A stretch of 53,515 nucleotides of DNA, the filler included, from Jimgerdemannia flammicorona (taxonomy: Eukaryota), in NCBI GenBank assembly GCA_003990765.1. It is 2 parts of 2 records of this genome, joined end to end, with 100 filler letters (N's around TTAATTAATTAA, not from the genome) between each part and the next. Parts side by side here need not be neighbours in the genome. Positions count along the whole stretch, not along the records: positions 1 to 26,708 come from RBNJ01000702.1; 1 more part is not named here. One strand, written 5' to 3'. Numbering within the stretch: position 1 is the first letter of the stretch; each line of letters starts with the position of its first letter. The translations under genes and the position numbers were made by a program. The notes under the pieces are model-generated. The model was not told the origin of the DNA and did not search any database. It saw only the letters and a list, made by a program, of their open reading frames with translations. This document shows, in pieces, positions 1-11,600 of this stretch.

Positions 1-10
1 AGAATCTAAG

Positions 11-362
11 TCATCTTGCATGGTTCCTAAAGCACCTTCGTAACATCCTACCAGCGTGTGGAACATCAGAGTACCTCCAGGTAAGTGTGTCTGCCTTCAG
101 CAAGCGTAGATAGGTAGGGAGGTGATCGTTGCGATAAAATGATGAAGCAGGTTGGATATGTACGTCAAAATCCTCTTCGGTAACATAAATGATCCGTTCG
201 ACATGGGTTCCTTTGTTTTTGAGGTCCGGTACAACAACAATGATCTAGCCATCTTTCTCAACTTTACTATGATATGGATTAATATTTATTAACGATCCTT
301 ACGTTGTGGTTGGATTTATGCCGATTGTATTGTTGAGGATTGCGAAGGATGTGGGTTGTCAT
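11..362 (-). CDS. Possible small spliced host ORF of unknown function (exons 362-303 and 244-11, ~97 aa) in CpG-intact unique DNA
   Basis: CpG is retained in 1-~560, unlike the flanking TE DNA. GTAAG donor at 302 and TAG acceptor at 245 join two in-frame open segments (MTTHILRNPQQYNRHKSNHN / IIVVVPDLKNKG...). No recognisable domain. Confidence 0.22.
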
Positions 363-609
363 CGATTCGGTTTCATGACGTTATTCACGGCGTGAGGGCC
401 AATTTATCATATATATTCTTTTGTTGTATAATACTCCTTTGGGATACGGGAAGAGGCGATTTTATTGATAATACATATAACGTGAATTTACGTATACTGA
501 TCGCACTGTTTGGTGACGTCTCCTCGATGACGTCGTACATATCGAGTTGTCAACTGGTTATCAATAAGGATGTCATAGTTGGTTGTATTGGTTATGATCA
601 CATTTACTG

Positions 610-1325
610 GAATTGTTACTCCTCTGAAACATCCTGGATCTTTCCTAGAGGTGTGGCTCTTATATTATCCACTGTAACAAACATCAACTTAGTTATTTCT
701 TCAACCTCTCAATCTAGGCAGTCTGCTGCTTTCTTACTGAGAAGACATCCTCCTGCTCCAGTATCAATAATGGTTTTGAAGATTCTATCTTCAATCTGAC
801 AGGTTGCATAGGCAGAGGTCTTGTGATTATCTTCACTTTTTTCTCCTGAGTCTTCTTAAATATTATTGGTCTTGGTTATCTTCCAATCTTGCTCCTTAGT
901 TGTCTTAGTAAGTCTATATCTTATTTGCTATCTGAATGTGAGTATTTCTACTAGCTGACCAAAAGTTATGTTAACCTTTTATTGACTGAAGTCCTTGAAG
1001 ATGTCATACTTGAAAGTCTTGGTCTTATAAAGCTTCTTCTCTTTTTCTCCTTTACTGACTGAGATAGTTCCTCAAATAATATCTTAAACAGCCTGTTTCA
1101 GCTCTGTATCTTGATTCATTTTTTCATCTTGGCTTTCTGTAGCAGTTTCTATCTATTTTTCCATAGAGTTCTTCTTGAGTCTCTCTAGTGATCTCTTATA
1201 GGGTTGCTTGCAAATATCTTAACAGTCTCAGTAGAGTAGACTTCTCATTCTTCTTCATCCAATTCTCCAATCTCCTCAAAGATGATGATATTAGCCTGTT
1301 TCATATTTTGAGTAGTATTACTTGA
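610..1325 (-). mobile_element. Degenerate Ty3/Gypsy family B, gag-protease region (left part; host of the nest)
   Basis: Minus strand reads YDIFKDFSQ*KVNITFGQL and the aspartic protease motif KTIIDTGAGGCLLS (DTG at 757-765). It is continuous in frame with 24131+ across the CTGGG TSD (KHKAQ|SSNTTQN). Left boundary approximate. Confidence 0.8.
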
Positions 1326-1330
1326 CTGGG

Positions 1331-2844
1331 TGTAAGATGGTTGCTTTTTTAGAGTAACTGTTATATAGTTCTGAAAGAGTTTTTTGGAAGTTCTGAATAT
1401 TCTGGAAGACTGTTTTCTTAAGATCAAGATCAATTTTATATAGAGTATGTCCTCTATACTTATTGATTTCAAGATCAGATTGATATCTCAACCAAAATTC
1501 TTTTTCTGGACTAGTTCTGGATGTTCAGAATTTTTCATATTTTAGGAAGTTCAAGAAACTAAGACCAGCTTAGTTGAATTGGCATATTGCTGTAGATAAT
1601 AACTAATTAGAAAATTTCATAATGGGGTTAGGAGTGGGACCTAACAGGGAGTAGATTTACTTAAGAGTGGTTTGTGGATTATTAAATAAGTTTATTTGTT
1701 ATTTATGATATTGCTATACTAGGAGTAGTTGTATAAAGAGATATTGTGGGAAAGTACTCAGGAGTTGTGTTCAGATTGTTCAAGTATTCAAGTCTGTTTT
1801 AAGTCTAAGATTCTGAGGTCTAGGAGAGGGGGTATTTATACTAGTAAGGAGCTATCTGGACTATACTGAATATGAGTATAGCACTTAGTGCCTTATTGAG
1901 TTAAAATGCAGTCATATAATATAAGTGTGATCTGATATATCAAAGAATTGTCTGACTGCTGAGTTAGTTCACAGTCACATTGTATAAGGCTAATCTAACT
2001 ATACTATGACTGCTAAACTATCTATAGATTTAGATACTATCTGGGTAGTCTTCAATGATATCACCATTGATGACATTATCTCTAGCAAAGTCTGAGCAGT
2101 TTTCTGACCTCTGATATCATCAGTTTCAAAGGTATCATCACTTCTATCTCTTACAAGATTGAGGCTATTCTTGATAGTAGTGGTTGCATAAGGATAATAG
2201 GTCTTGGTTCTCTTTTTTTTTGGACTTCTGGTACATTTGTGAGGACTGGCCATCTTTGTCTAGGGCAAGAGCTCCCAATGTTATGGCTGGGAGTTCAAAT
2301 CTCTTGGAAATGATATTTTCTATAATCTGAGGCAATTTCTAGTAATAATATCTGTCACATAGATGGCTTGAGATTGGTTTCAATAATGTTGACTTTCTTG
2401 AGTTCAGATAAAGCATCTGTTACTCTCTAATGAAGGTGACACAGATAGAGCAAACAGAGTTGTTCAAATGTATTTTGCTTCTACTAAGTAATGAGATTTT
2501 TATATAGTTGTAGTATATCTTGGTCTTGAGTTAATAAGTGCAGTTTATAAACTTTTGATAGATGAGATAGAGTTCTTCTTATCTCAGTTTGAGTTTGGTA
2601 CTTTCAGTTTTCTTTTGTCATAGTACAGTATACCAAACTAGTTATAGAAGTTCAGAGTCAGTCTTATGGTTGTAGTACTTTTTCTAGTATTCTTATATCT
2701 TGGTGGTAGGTTCTCATGCTTACTAGTATATTTGTATAACCAGATGATCTCTTCAGTAACTTGTTTTGTAGTCTTGCATGTGGTTTCCAAATTAGTTCTG
2801 AGGATGACATGCGATTTTGGTGGCTTAGAGGTTGTGCACTTACA
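1331..2844 (-). repeat. 3' LTR of outer family-A element (1514 bp)
   Basis: TGTAAG start, CTTACA end, followed by the PPT complement ACTCTCTCCTTCT. Direct repeat of 22616-24125. Confidence 0.93.
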
Positions 2845-4054
2845 ACTCTCTCCTTCTTAGCTTTCAATGTCCTCATCAAGATCTTCTAATTTGATCTAGT
2901 GTTATTATACCATTTGGATAGTTCTTGTGACTGTATTTGTTGAGGATTTGTTCAACTTTGTATTCTTCTTAGTCATTAATAATGATAGGTATAGGTGGTT
3001 CTGTGGTTCAGTTTAGAAATGTGTCTCAGACTTTCTGAGGTAGTGGTCTGACATAGCTGTCAACTTTGGAAAAGTCTTCCTTAGAGTTCTCGGGTTCTTC
3101 TTTAGATAGGCAGATGGAGATGGCAAAGAGAGGACATTTCTTGGCCAATTTCTTGAGCTGTAGCTTATTGATATGGATGATCTTTGGTCCAGAGTCACTA
3201 GGACTGAGTGGGTCTCTTTTGCCTTATAGTTTGAAGTTGTGGCATCCTTTCTTGATGGTCAGCAAATGGTTTACCTAATCGATCATGGGGTTTTTTTGTT
3301 TTAACCATAGAGTCTCAAGGATGATCTCATTGTTAGGAAGTAGTACAATCTGGAGGGTAACATATACTTGGTAGTCACCAATTCGAAAGGGCAGATTGCA
3401 GACTTCCTTGCTAATAATATGTGAGGTTCCATCAGCTGTGGCAATTGCTTGAGTTTGTTGTACCAGAGAGGTGAAGACCTTGAGTCTGTTGGCCATTTCT
3501 TCATTGATAAAGTTGCCTGAGGTACTACTGTCTATCATAATCTTAACAGGTGCTCAATTGACAAAAGCCTGAAGTTGTAAGAGGGTTGCTTTTTAGAGTA
3601 ACTGTTATGTAGTTCTGGAAGGGTTTTCTGGGAGTTCTGGATATTCTGGAAGACTATTTTCTTATGACCAAGATCAATTTCATATAGAGTATATCCTCTA
3701 TGCTTATTGATTTCAAGATCAGGTTGACGTCTCAACCAAAGTCCTTTTTCAGACTAGTTCTAGATGTTTAGGATTTTTCATATTTCAGGAAGTTCAAGAA
3801 ACTAAGACCAGCTTAGTTGAATTGGCGTATCGCTGCAGACAATACCCAATTAGGAAATTTCATGATAGGGTTAGGAGTGGGACCTAACAGAGAGTGGATT
3901 TACTTAAAAGTGGTTTGTGGATTATTAAATAAGTTTATTTGCTATTTATGATATTGCTATACTAGAAGTAGTTGTGTGAAGGGATATTGTAGGGAAGTGT
4001 TCAGGAATGTTCTTGTGTATTCAAGTCTGAGATTCTGAGGTCTGGAGGAGGGGG

Positions 4055-4062
4055 TATTTATA
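4055..4062 (-). promoter_or_regulatory. Putative LTR TATA box (TATAAATA), conserved in all four family-A LTRs
   Basis: GTATTTATACTAG occurs on the + strand at equivalent positions (~1833, 4054, 18362, 23118), upstream of a conserved AATAAA in element orientation. Confidence 0.6.
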
Positions 4063-4251
4063 CTAGTAAGGGGCTATCTAGACTATACTAGATGTGGATG
4101 TAGCACTAAGTGCTTTGCTGAGTTGGAATGTAGTCACATAGTACAAGTGTGATCTGACATGTCAAGAGATTGTCTGGCTGCTGAGTCAGTTCACAGTTAT
4201 ATCATACAAGACTAATCTAACTATACTATGACTGCTAGGCTATTTATGGGT

Positions 4252-5349
4252 TTAGGCACTATCTGGATAGTCCTCGATGACATCACTATTGATTGCATCA
4301 TCTCTGATAAAGTAGTCATCTAGGAAGAGTGGTTTGCGGATTACTTCTCCTTGTTTGCTGAGGTAATAATACATTGGAACTTCATCTCCATCCCATAAGA
4401 TGGCATTGTCTGTCTCATATGTTGGATAAGGTATTGGTAGGCAAAGGAGGGGTGCATCGTCTTCACTTTCATTGGATTCACTATCTACATACCTTCTATA
4501 GGTTACAGCATTATGAGTCACAGGGTTGTAGTAAGCTGGTGGCTGTGGTTCATGTTGCTTGTACTCGGATGGTGGAGTGGTTGGTTCAATCTCGAGGGTT
4601 GTCTGGAGGTACAGGTTGTGTTCTCTGGTCTCTTCATTGTAGTTGAAGTAATCAGGAGTGAATACAGATTGGTATTCATATCAGTGGTCATTGTCCCAAT
4701 AAGTTTTGTATGCTGTTATGAATTGTTGTAAGTTCATCGGCAAGATTGGCAGTGTGATCAGGGTTGGCAGAGATCCTTGGCTAGAGGTCATGTCGGTGTC
4801 AGAGGGATCATTATCTTCTACTTTATCTTCATCGAAGTGGATTATATTGTAGATATTCTTCATGGTATATCCAACTTGGGGCATTTGCAGGATATGATCA
4901 TTGGGGTGTGGGAAGATTCTGTCTGTGGTTTCGATGTACTCAAGGTACTTGTGGTTGAGTTCTTGTATCATGTCATCAATTTGGCCATAGGACAGGGTAG
5001 TGACCATTTCACTGGTGGTAACTCAGAGGCATGGAATAATGGTACTGTACTCATAGAAGAGTTCTCAATGTTTGCGGGCGATGAGCTTCTGGTGTTGGGA
5101 CATCTGGGTAATATCTGTATTGTGGTAGTACTTGATCATATCTTTCAGGAGGTGGTCAATCTAGTAGTAGCTTGAGATTTGTCCAATTTAGTGGGCCTCG
5201 CTAAGCATGTTTAGAGCATTCCATCAGGCTTCCATGAAGTAGAGGGGTGCTAGGCTATGGATATTCATGAGGGGCAGAGGGAGTGTGGCTCTGTTGACAA
5301 TGGCATTCTAAATGTCAGCATAGATATGGGTATAGATCTCAGTGGTCAT
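4252..5349 (-). pseudogene. LTR(U3)-encoded accessory ORF, ~365 aa, unknown function
   Basis: A single frame runs from ATG 5349 to TAA 4252 (1098 nt) with 7 internal stops. Six of them are sense codons (W,R,R,Q,R,W) in the sister LTR copy. ORF-track fragments 4681..5007 and 4252..4521 lie in this frame. Confidence 0.8.
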
Positions 5350-5637
5350 GTTTGTGTGTTTTGGAAGTTATAGTTGTTGTTTGTTTTGGTTCTCTGATTT
5401 GATACGTCTTGGTGCTCGGTATATATGCATTTGATCCTAATTGGTAAGATTCCATTTGTATAAATCTTGTGTTCTGTGACTTCATATTGACTCAGCTTTG
5501 TGCACTGTAAATTCGGTTTGACTTAGCTTCATGATCCAGCAGGTGATTTCCAGATTGTTCAGAGGTTGCATGTGATTTTAGTAGCTTGTTCAGAGGGTGA
5601 TGTGTAATTTCGGTGGCTTGGAGGTTATACGCTTACA

Positions 5638-5650
5638 ACTCTCCCCTTCT
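5638..5650 (-). other. Polypurine tract of inner family-A element
   Basis: AGAAGGGGAGAGT on the minus strand immediately precedes the 3' LTR. Confidence 0.88.
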
Positions 5651-5850
5651 TAGCTTTCAATGTCCTTATCAGGGCCTTCTAATTTTATTCAGTGATATAG
5701 GAAGAATAGGCTTGCTTTCAGTTTTGCCATTTTTTCCAGAGGGTCAGTATTCTTGTCTTGTTTTACTGAGTTCTTGGTTTGGTTTACAATAATTATAATG
5801 TTCAGGAAAATAATATATAGTATATACAGATAGGTGCGGAGTATTTCGTT

Positions 5851-6543
5851 CTAGTTGTTTAAGGAATCATATTCTTGAACTAGGTTGGTAGCATTCTGGA
5901 GATTGGTCTTGGGTTCCCAGGTTGCATTGTGGATTGGATAACCTTTCCATTTGACAAGGTACTCAGGGTGGCTCTTGTTGCTACATTTATTGAGGATTTG
6001 TTCAACTTCGTATTCTTCTTAGTCATTAATAATGACAGGTGCAGGTGGTTTGATGGTCCAGTTTGGAAATAGCTCATCATCATTCTCATTGTATTGCTTG
6101 AGATATTGAACATTAAAGACTGGGTGAATCTTAATAGTATCCAGTAGTGCCAATTTGTAGGAGGTTGGAGAGACTTGTGCAATAACTTCAAATGGTCCAA
6201 TGAACTTGCTGTTTAGCTTTGTAGATGGTCTGTGCTTGAGGTTATCAACTCAGTATCCTCTGATGTCCAGTAGAACTTTTTCTCCAATATCAAAGGTTTC
6301 TTCTCAGCAGTGTTGGTTAACATACCATGACTATTGTTCTTGAGCTCGTGATAAATTCTCAATAGCAATCTGGCTTAGGTTGCACATTCGAAGTAAGAAT
6401 TCTTCAACAGCTTTGACTGTGGAGGGTTCTTCAGTGGTTCAGATAAGTGTCAAAGGGGTGTTTGGGTTTTGTCCAGTGTTGGTGAAGAATGGGGTCATTC
6501 TGAGAGAGGCTTGCTTGCTATTGTTATAGGCAAACTCAACTGC
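5851..6543 (-). pseudogene. Integrase C-terminus and chromodomain of inner family-A pol
   Basis: Translates as AVEFAYNNSKQASLRMTPFF...FIGPFEVI...IHPVFNVQYLK...EYEVEQILNK...EYLVKWKGYPIHNATWEPKTNLQNA (GPY/F region plus canonical chromodomain). Internal stops present. Confidence 0.92.
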
Positions 6544-6638
6544 CACTGGGAACAGTCATCTCTTTCCAGTACCATTCAGGTTATACAACCTTTGGAAGGC
6601 ACTTTCAACTTCGTTTTCAGCAAAAAGAGACTAACAAC

Positions 6639-8664
6639 ATAGCAACCGACAGACAACCTGAGGTGCGTACTGAGCAGGGCGGCCCTAGTGCTTTCGACTG
6701 GCAGCAGGTGGGGAGGGGGCCAGACCTGGGGGGAGGTATGAGGGGCCTGCTGGTGGGTGGATGTGGAAGGGGTAGAGGAGGTGGTGGAGGATCAGGATCT
6801 GAGAGGGCAAGCTTCGTGGAGATGATGAAGGGGAGACAGCAGGTGTCGGGGCTGGAGGGCTGGCTGAAGAAGGGCAAGGAGACTAAGAAGGTGACGGTGC
6901 CAGGGGGTGCGACTCTTAGAAGGGGGGGCGGTGGAGTGGCAGGAGTAGTGGCTGGGGGGGGTGTGACTGCTGATGGTGTTGGGACTGTCGATCTGGAAAA
7001 AAATCCAGATGTGATGGCTGATGGCGAGACTGAGCGGCTGAGGCTTAGAAGGCAAGGGGACTTGGCAGATGGTGTAACAGGTCTGGCGGTGGCTCCATTA
7101 CTCAAGAAATCGATTTTGGCATTCGTGGTCACACTATGCTTCCGGGGCCTGGTGGTGATGGCGAAAATGGTACTCGGGCTCATCGCTAAGCAGGTGGTGG
7201 GTGCAGCATCTGTGAAGTTTTTGAAGGAACTAGAAGGAGTGGAGGTGGGTTTTGAGGAGGCGGCACCACTGGAGGAGGTGCTGAAGGTTGGATTGGTGGT
7301 TGGGGAGGTATGTGTTCCTATGGCGCAGTGCCTGAAGTGGGACCCCAGGGTGATCCAACTGCTGGTGAAGGGAGTACCAATGGTGACAGTAATGGAGATG
7401 AGGAAGAGGGTTGAGGAGTTCATGGCGGAATATGGCGAGGTGGTAGATATTGGGTTCAGGGTCTGAGAAGGGACCTTGCTCAGGACTGGTGACATGGATG
7501 TGAGAATTTGGCTGGCTGAGAAGGAAGCCACTGGGAAGGCAAGGGATTGGCCTTCAGCGATGGTCTGGGGAGCAATCCTGTATAAGGTGACAAGGGTGAA
7601 GGGGAGTGAGGAAGAGGAGGAGGATTTACTGGAAGCACTCGAAGAGCTGGGGGGGGGCTGTAGAGAGGCGAGCGAAGGCTTGGGAGGCTTTTGAAGAGAT
7701 GACACACTTAGAGGTAGTGGATGAGAAGCGGATTCGAGTGACTAAGGAGCAGTGGGAAAGGGCTCAGGGGTGTAAGAGGCAGAAGGAGCTGCTGGCCAAG
7801 CTGGATAGCAGACCACTGGGGGAGGCGAGCAAGGTGAAGGGCACAGGGGGAGCTGGAGCGAGTGTCTGGGCCGGTGAGGGGGAGGGAAAGGACAAGAAGG
7901 AGGCGAGGGAGGACAAGAAGAAGGCTGGGAAGGACCTGTATGCAGATGGTACACTGGAGGTGTGGGAGGAGGACTGGGTGGGTTCCCCTACCCCTACCCC
8001 TCTCATCAGGCATGGCCCAGCTTCCCGGAATAAGGTGGTGGAAGATGTGCCAATGCAAGGGGCCCAGAGGGTGCAATTTGGAGTTCCAGAGGTGGCGTAT
8101 GGGGGACGGGTGGAGGCGGATGGCGAGGAGGAACTGGTGGATGTCCCGGAAGTATGGGATGAGTCTGTAAGTGCTGGAGCTGATACCACAATGTTGGATG
8201 GAGAGAGGCCGGTGACTCCAGAGGGGAAAGAGGTGGGGAATTTGCTTTGGATGTACCGGATGATAAATAACCTGGTGGCAGAAGAGCTGAGAGAAGTGGA
8301 CTTGCGAGTGATGAGTGATGAGCATTGGGTAGGAATACTGCAGGAGGATGGCATGATGAAGGCATTGAAGGCAGAAATTCTTACAGTGTACCTGGAGGAG
8401 GAAGGATATGAGGTGGATAAGGAGAGGGAGGAGGAGATAGCGGTTGTTGCTGGAGAAAGGGCTGAATACTGCTGGAACAAGCGACATGGACTACAGCTCT
8501 GGCAGGAAGCATGCATTGAATACCGAGAGGAGTTTGAGGAGAAGGCCGATGGTGAGATGAATGAACTACTGGCTGGATTGGAGGCTCAGAGGGCTGAAGA
8601 GGAGGAGGTGGCTGCGGAACATAATTTGGACAGGACACAGGAGGAGATGAGCATAGAGCAGTAG
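6639..8664 (+). pseudogene. LINE copy 1 ORF1 (RRM-like nucleic-acid-binding protein), disrupted
   Basis: Colinear with the intact 640-aa ORF1 at 44125-46047. Start codon decayed ATG>ATA at 6639, W>TGA at 7464-7466, and a frameshift around the G-run at ~7649-7658. Confidence 0.85.
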
Positions 8665-8697
8665 AGGCAGATTGACAACATCACATATATAATTAAT

Positions 8698-11600
8698 ATG
8701 AACAGTACAACCAACATTCTCTCTTTGAACATGAATGGGTTACGGGGCACTTCTCGACGTAGGAACATTTTTACTTGGATGAAGGGATTGGAGGCCGATC
8801 TCTTCCTCTTGCAAGATGTCTAGTGCGAAGATGACTCTGATAGGTTAGAATGGACAAAGGAATGGGGAGGTGCGGCGATTTAGAGGGGCAAGGTTGGGAT
8901 TTTGGTTAGGAAAGGCAGAGGGGAGATACAGGATGTACAGTACTGGGGGGAGAGGCTGGTCTGGGGAGAGTGGATTTGGGTAGGCTGGGAGCCAGTTACA
9001 GTTGGTTCCTGCTACTGCCCTGCAGTACGGGGTGAGAGGGTCGATTGGGTGAAAGGCCTACAGGAGAGTGGATTACTTGTGGAGGCCGGGGTGGATGTGC
9101 TAGGGGGAGATTTCAATATGGTTAGGGATATTCTGCTGGATAGATCAGATGGAGAACGAGGTGCTGGGAGCAGGTGTGGAGGGCTGATGGCATGGGAGGA
9201 AGTAGAGAGGCTGAGTGCACTATTGGATGCTGGAAGGGAGTGCTGGGGGAGTAGGAGAGTCTATACACATTGGGCAGGGGGTCTGGGGACTAGAATCAAT
9301 TGGATTTTGACAGCTTGTTGCTGGGGACTGGATGTTTGGAAATCATTGGAGGTGGAATGGTGTCTATGGTCGGATCACTGGGGGCTTTTGGGACAGGGGT
9401 GCTTTGGGGGAAGTGGGGATGGGCCTGGACATTGGCGCCTCAATTCCTCTTTGTTAGATGACAAGACCCAGTGAGATGAGTGGGCTAAAGACATTCAGCT
9501 GAGGGTGGAGACCTGGAGGCAGGAAGGGGCTGTGGTTAGGACTTGGTGAATGAGGATGAAAGAAATGGCCAGGATCTACTGGAAGGAGGCTGGCAAGGAG
9601 GCAGGGAAGCAGCAAAAACAAAGAGTGTGCTGGGCCTCTGCTAGATTGACGAGGCTCCTGGAGGAGTGGGCAAGGCTGACGATGTTGGAGGGAGAAGAAG
9701 ATTGGAGATTAATGAGGGCGAAGATGGAGGTTGGGGAACTTCAACAGGTGCTGCAGGAGGAGGAAGAGGCAAGGGTACAGAGCTTGGCAGCACAGCTTCA
9801 TTGGCAGGATCTGGAGGAAGGAGAGAGGCCTTCCAAGCTTCTTATAAGGGCCCTTAGGGCGAGGCAGGTCCAGCAATGGTGGGAAGGGGTATTGGACTCT
9901 GATGGTGTACTGGTGCATAGTGTACAGGACATTCTTGGTTCGCTGAAGGAGAGATGGAGTAGATTGTAGAGTGAGGAGGAAGGTGGGGCAGATGCCGTTA
10001 CAATTGAACGAACATTGGAGGATTGGCACCCACCACAAGTCAAAGGGCTAGGGGACCTGGTGATGCCTGTACAGGAGGGTGAGATCCACCAGGTTCTTGC
10101 CACGACAACGTCCAGTATGGCACCTGGGGAGGATTGGCTGCCCTGGGACTTTTGGAAGCAAATGGTTGAAGTCCCAGGGGTGATGGGAGAGATGACAGCA
10201 TTGTGTGACCTTATTCTACAGACAGGTAGATAGGTGGGGGAGCAGGACCTTGGGCTGGTGACACTGCTCTACAAAAACAAAGGAAGGCAGGAGAATTGGA
10301 AGAACTGGCGGCCGATAATGCTACTAGATATGGACAAAAAGTTGGTAACCAAGGTGGTGGTGGCAAGACTACAGAAGGTGGCCCAGCAAGTCGTGGGTGT
10401 TGAGCAGAGGGGATTTGTGGGTGGTCGGCTCATCAGGGATAGCACTGCCTGGGTGCATGGCATCATCGAAGGGGTGAGGGCATGTGGACTGGATGGGCAT
10501 CTAGTTTTCTTGGACCAGGAGAAGGCTTACGACTGGGTGCGGAGAGTCTGGCTGGAGAAAGTTTTGGATAGAATGGGGGTGTCGCTTCAATTCCAGTCAA
10601 CAATGGTCAGCCTACTGGAAGGGAGTAGGGCTGCACTCATGTGTAATAGACATAGAGGGGTAGCATTCCCCTTGGGAAGGGGAGTGCCCCAGGGGGATCC
10701 ATTGTCCCCCATTTTATATGCTCTTTCTCTGGAACCACTTATGGACCGGATTAGGCGGAGGATAGTGGGGCTCTCTGTCTTTGGCATAGGATGGAAGGTT
10801 GGGGCCTTTGCTGATGACATAGTGGTGGGCTTGGGTTCGATTGCTGATGTTGAGAAGCTCAAGAGGACTGTGGAGTGGTATGAGGAGCATTCTGGAGCTA
10901 AGCTGAATTGGCATAAGTGTGAGACAATGGTGCTTGGTAACAGCCTGGTGGGAGGGGAGGTTATAGGAACAATTGTCCCCACCGGTGAAGCAGTGCGGTA
11001 CTTAGATATCTACTTGTCAGTCTATGGGTCAGTTCTGCCCAAGCTTTGGTAGGAGCAGAGGATTGGAATCTGGGAGGAGGCTCTGCAGAGTTGGGGGGGA
11101 AGACATTTTTCTCTGGTAGGGTGGGTCTTGATTTTGAATATCTACTGGCTGCCAAAGTTGTGGTATCTGGTGTATCACCTGGACTTCCCAGCCTGGGTAG
11201 TGAAGAGATTGATGAAGTCGGCGAAGGGATGGATTTGGGCTGGCAGGCGGAGTCAGATTAGTTGGGAGACCCTGTCCCTACCAGTGGCAAGAGGTGGTCT
11301 TGAGCTGGTTGACTTCCCGAAATGGTTACACTGCTTGAGAGCGTGGTGGCTGAAGAGGGCGGTGGAGTTGAGAGGAGGTGGATGGGTTCCTCTGTTACAG
11401 AAGATATGGGAGAGGCAGACATCGCCAAGGGGCTCAACTGGTGATCTCCTCTCCTTGGTTGGGCTTCGGAACACTGCCCAACTACGGTATAAAGAATTTT
11501 GGTAGAGAATTGCAGAAGGAGCGTACCGCATCAGCATTCGTTGGCAGGGGAATGAAGGTGAGGAGGATTGGGACCTGGTGATGTGGAGATGGGACCATAT

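Larger units (their letters stand above)
3576..5637 (-). repeat. 3' LTR of inner family-A element (2062 bp)
   Basis: TGTAAG...CTTACA 6-bp terminal inverted repeat. Direct repeat of 17885-19944. Minus-strand TATAAATA at 4055-4062 and AATAAA at 3934-3939. Confidence 0.95.

Noticed and set aside
356..799. 147-aa plus-strand ORF
   Set aside because: It straddles unique DNA and the antisense of the family-B protease, has a non-ATG start and shows no recognisable features.
4252..5349. LTR-borne ORF as an env gene
   Set aside because: No signal peptide, fusion peptide or transmembrane stretch is visible, and it lies inside both LTRs rather than between pol and the PPT.
6617..8516. Long Ser/Pro/Thr-rich antisense ORFs (6617..7705, 7708..8487, 7764..8516; likewise 45176..46033, 42787..43416)
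   Set aside because: Shadow ORFs expected opposite a G-rich, stop-poor LINE coding strand. No independent domain evidence.
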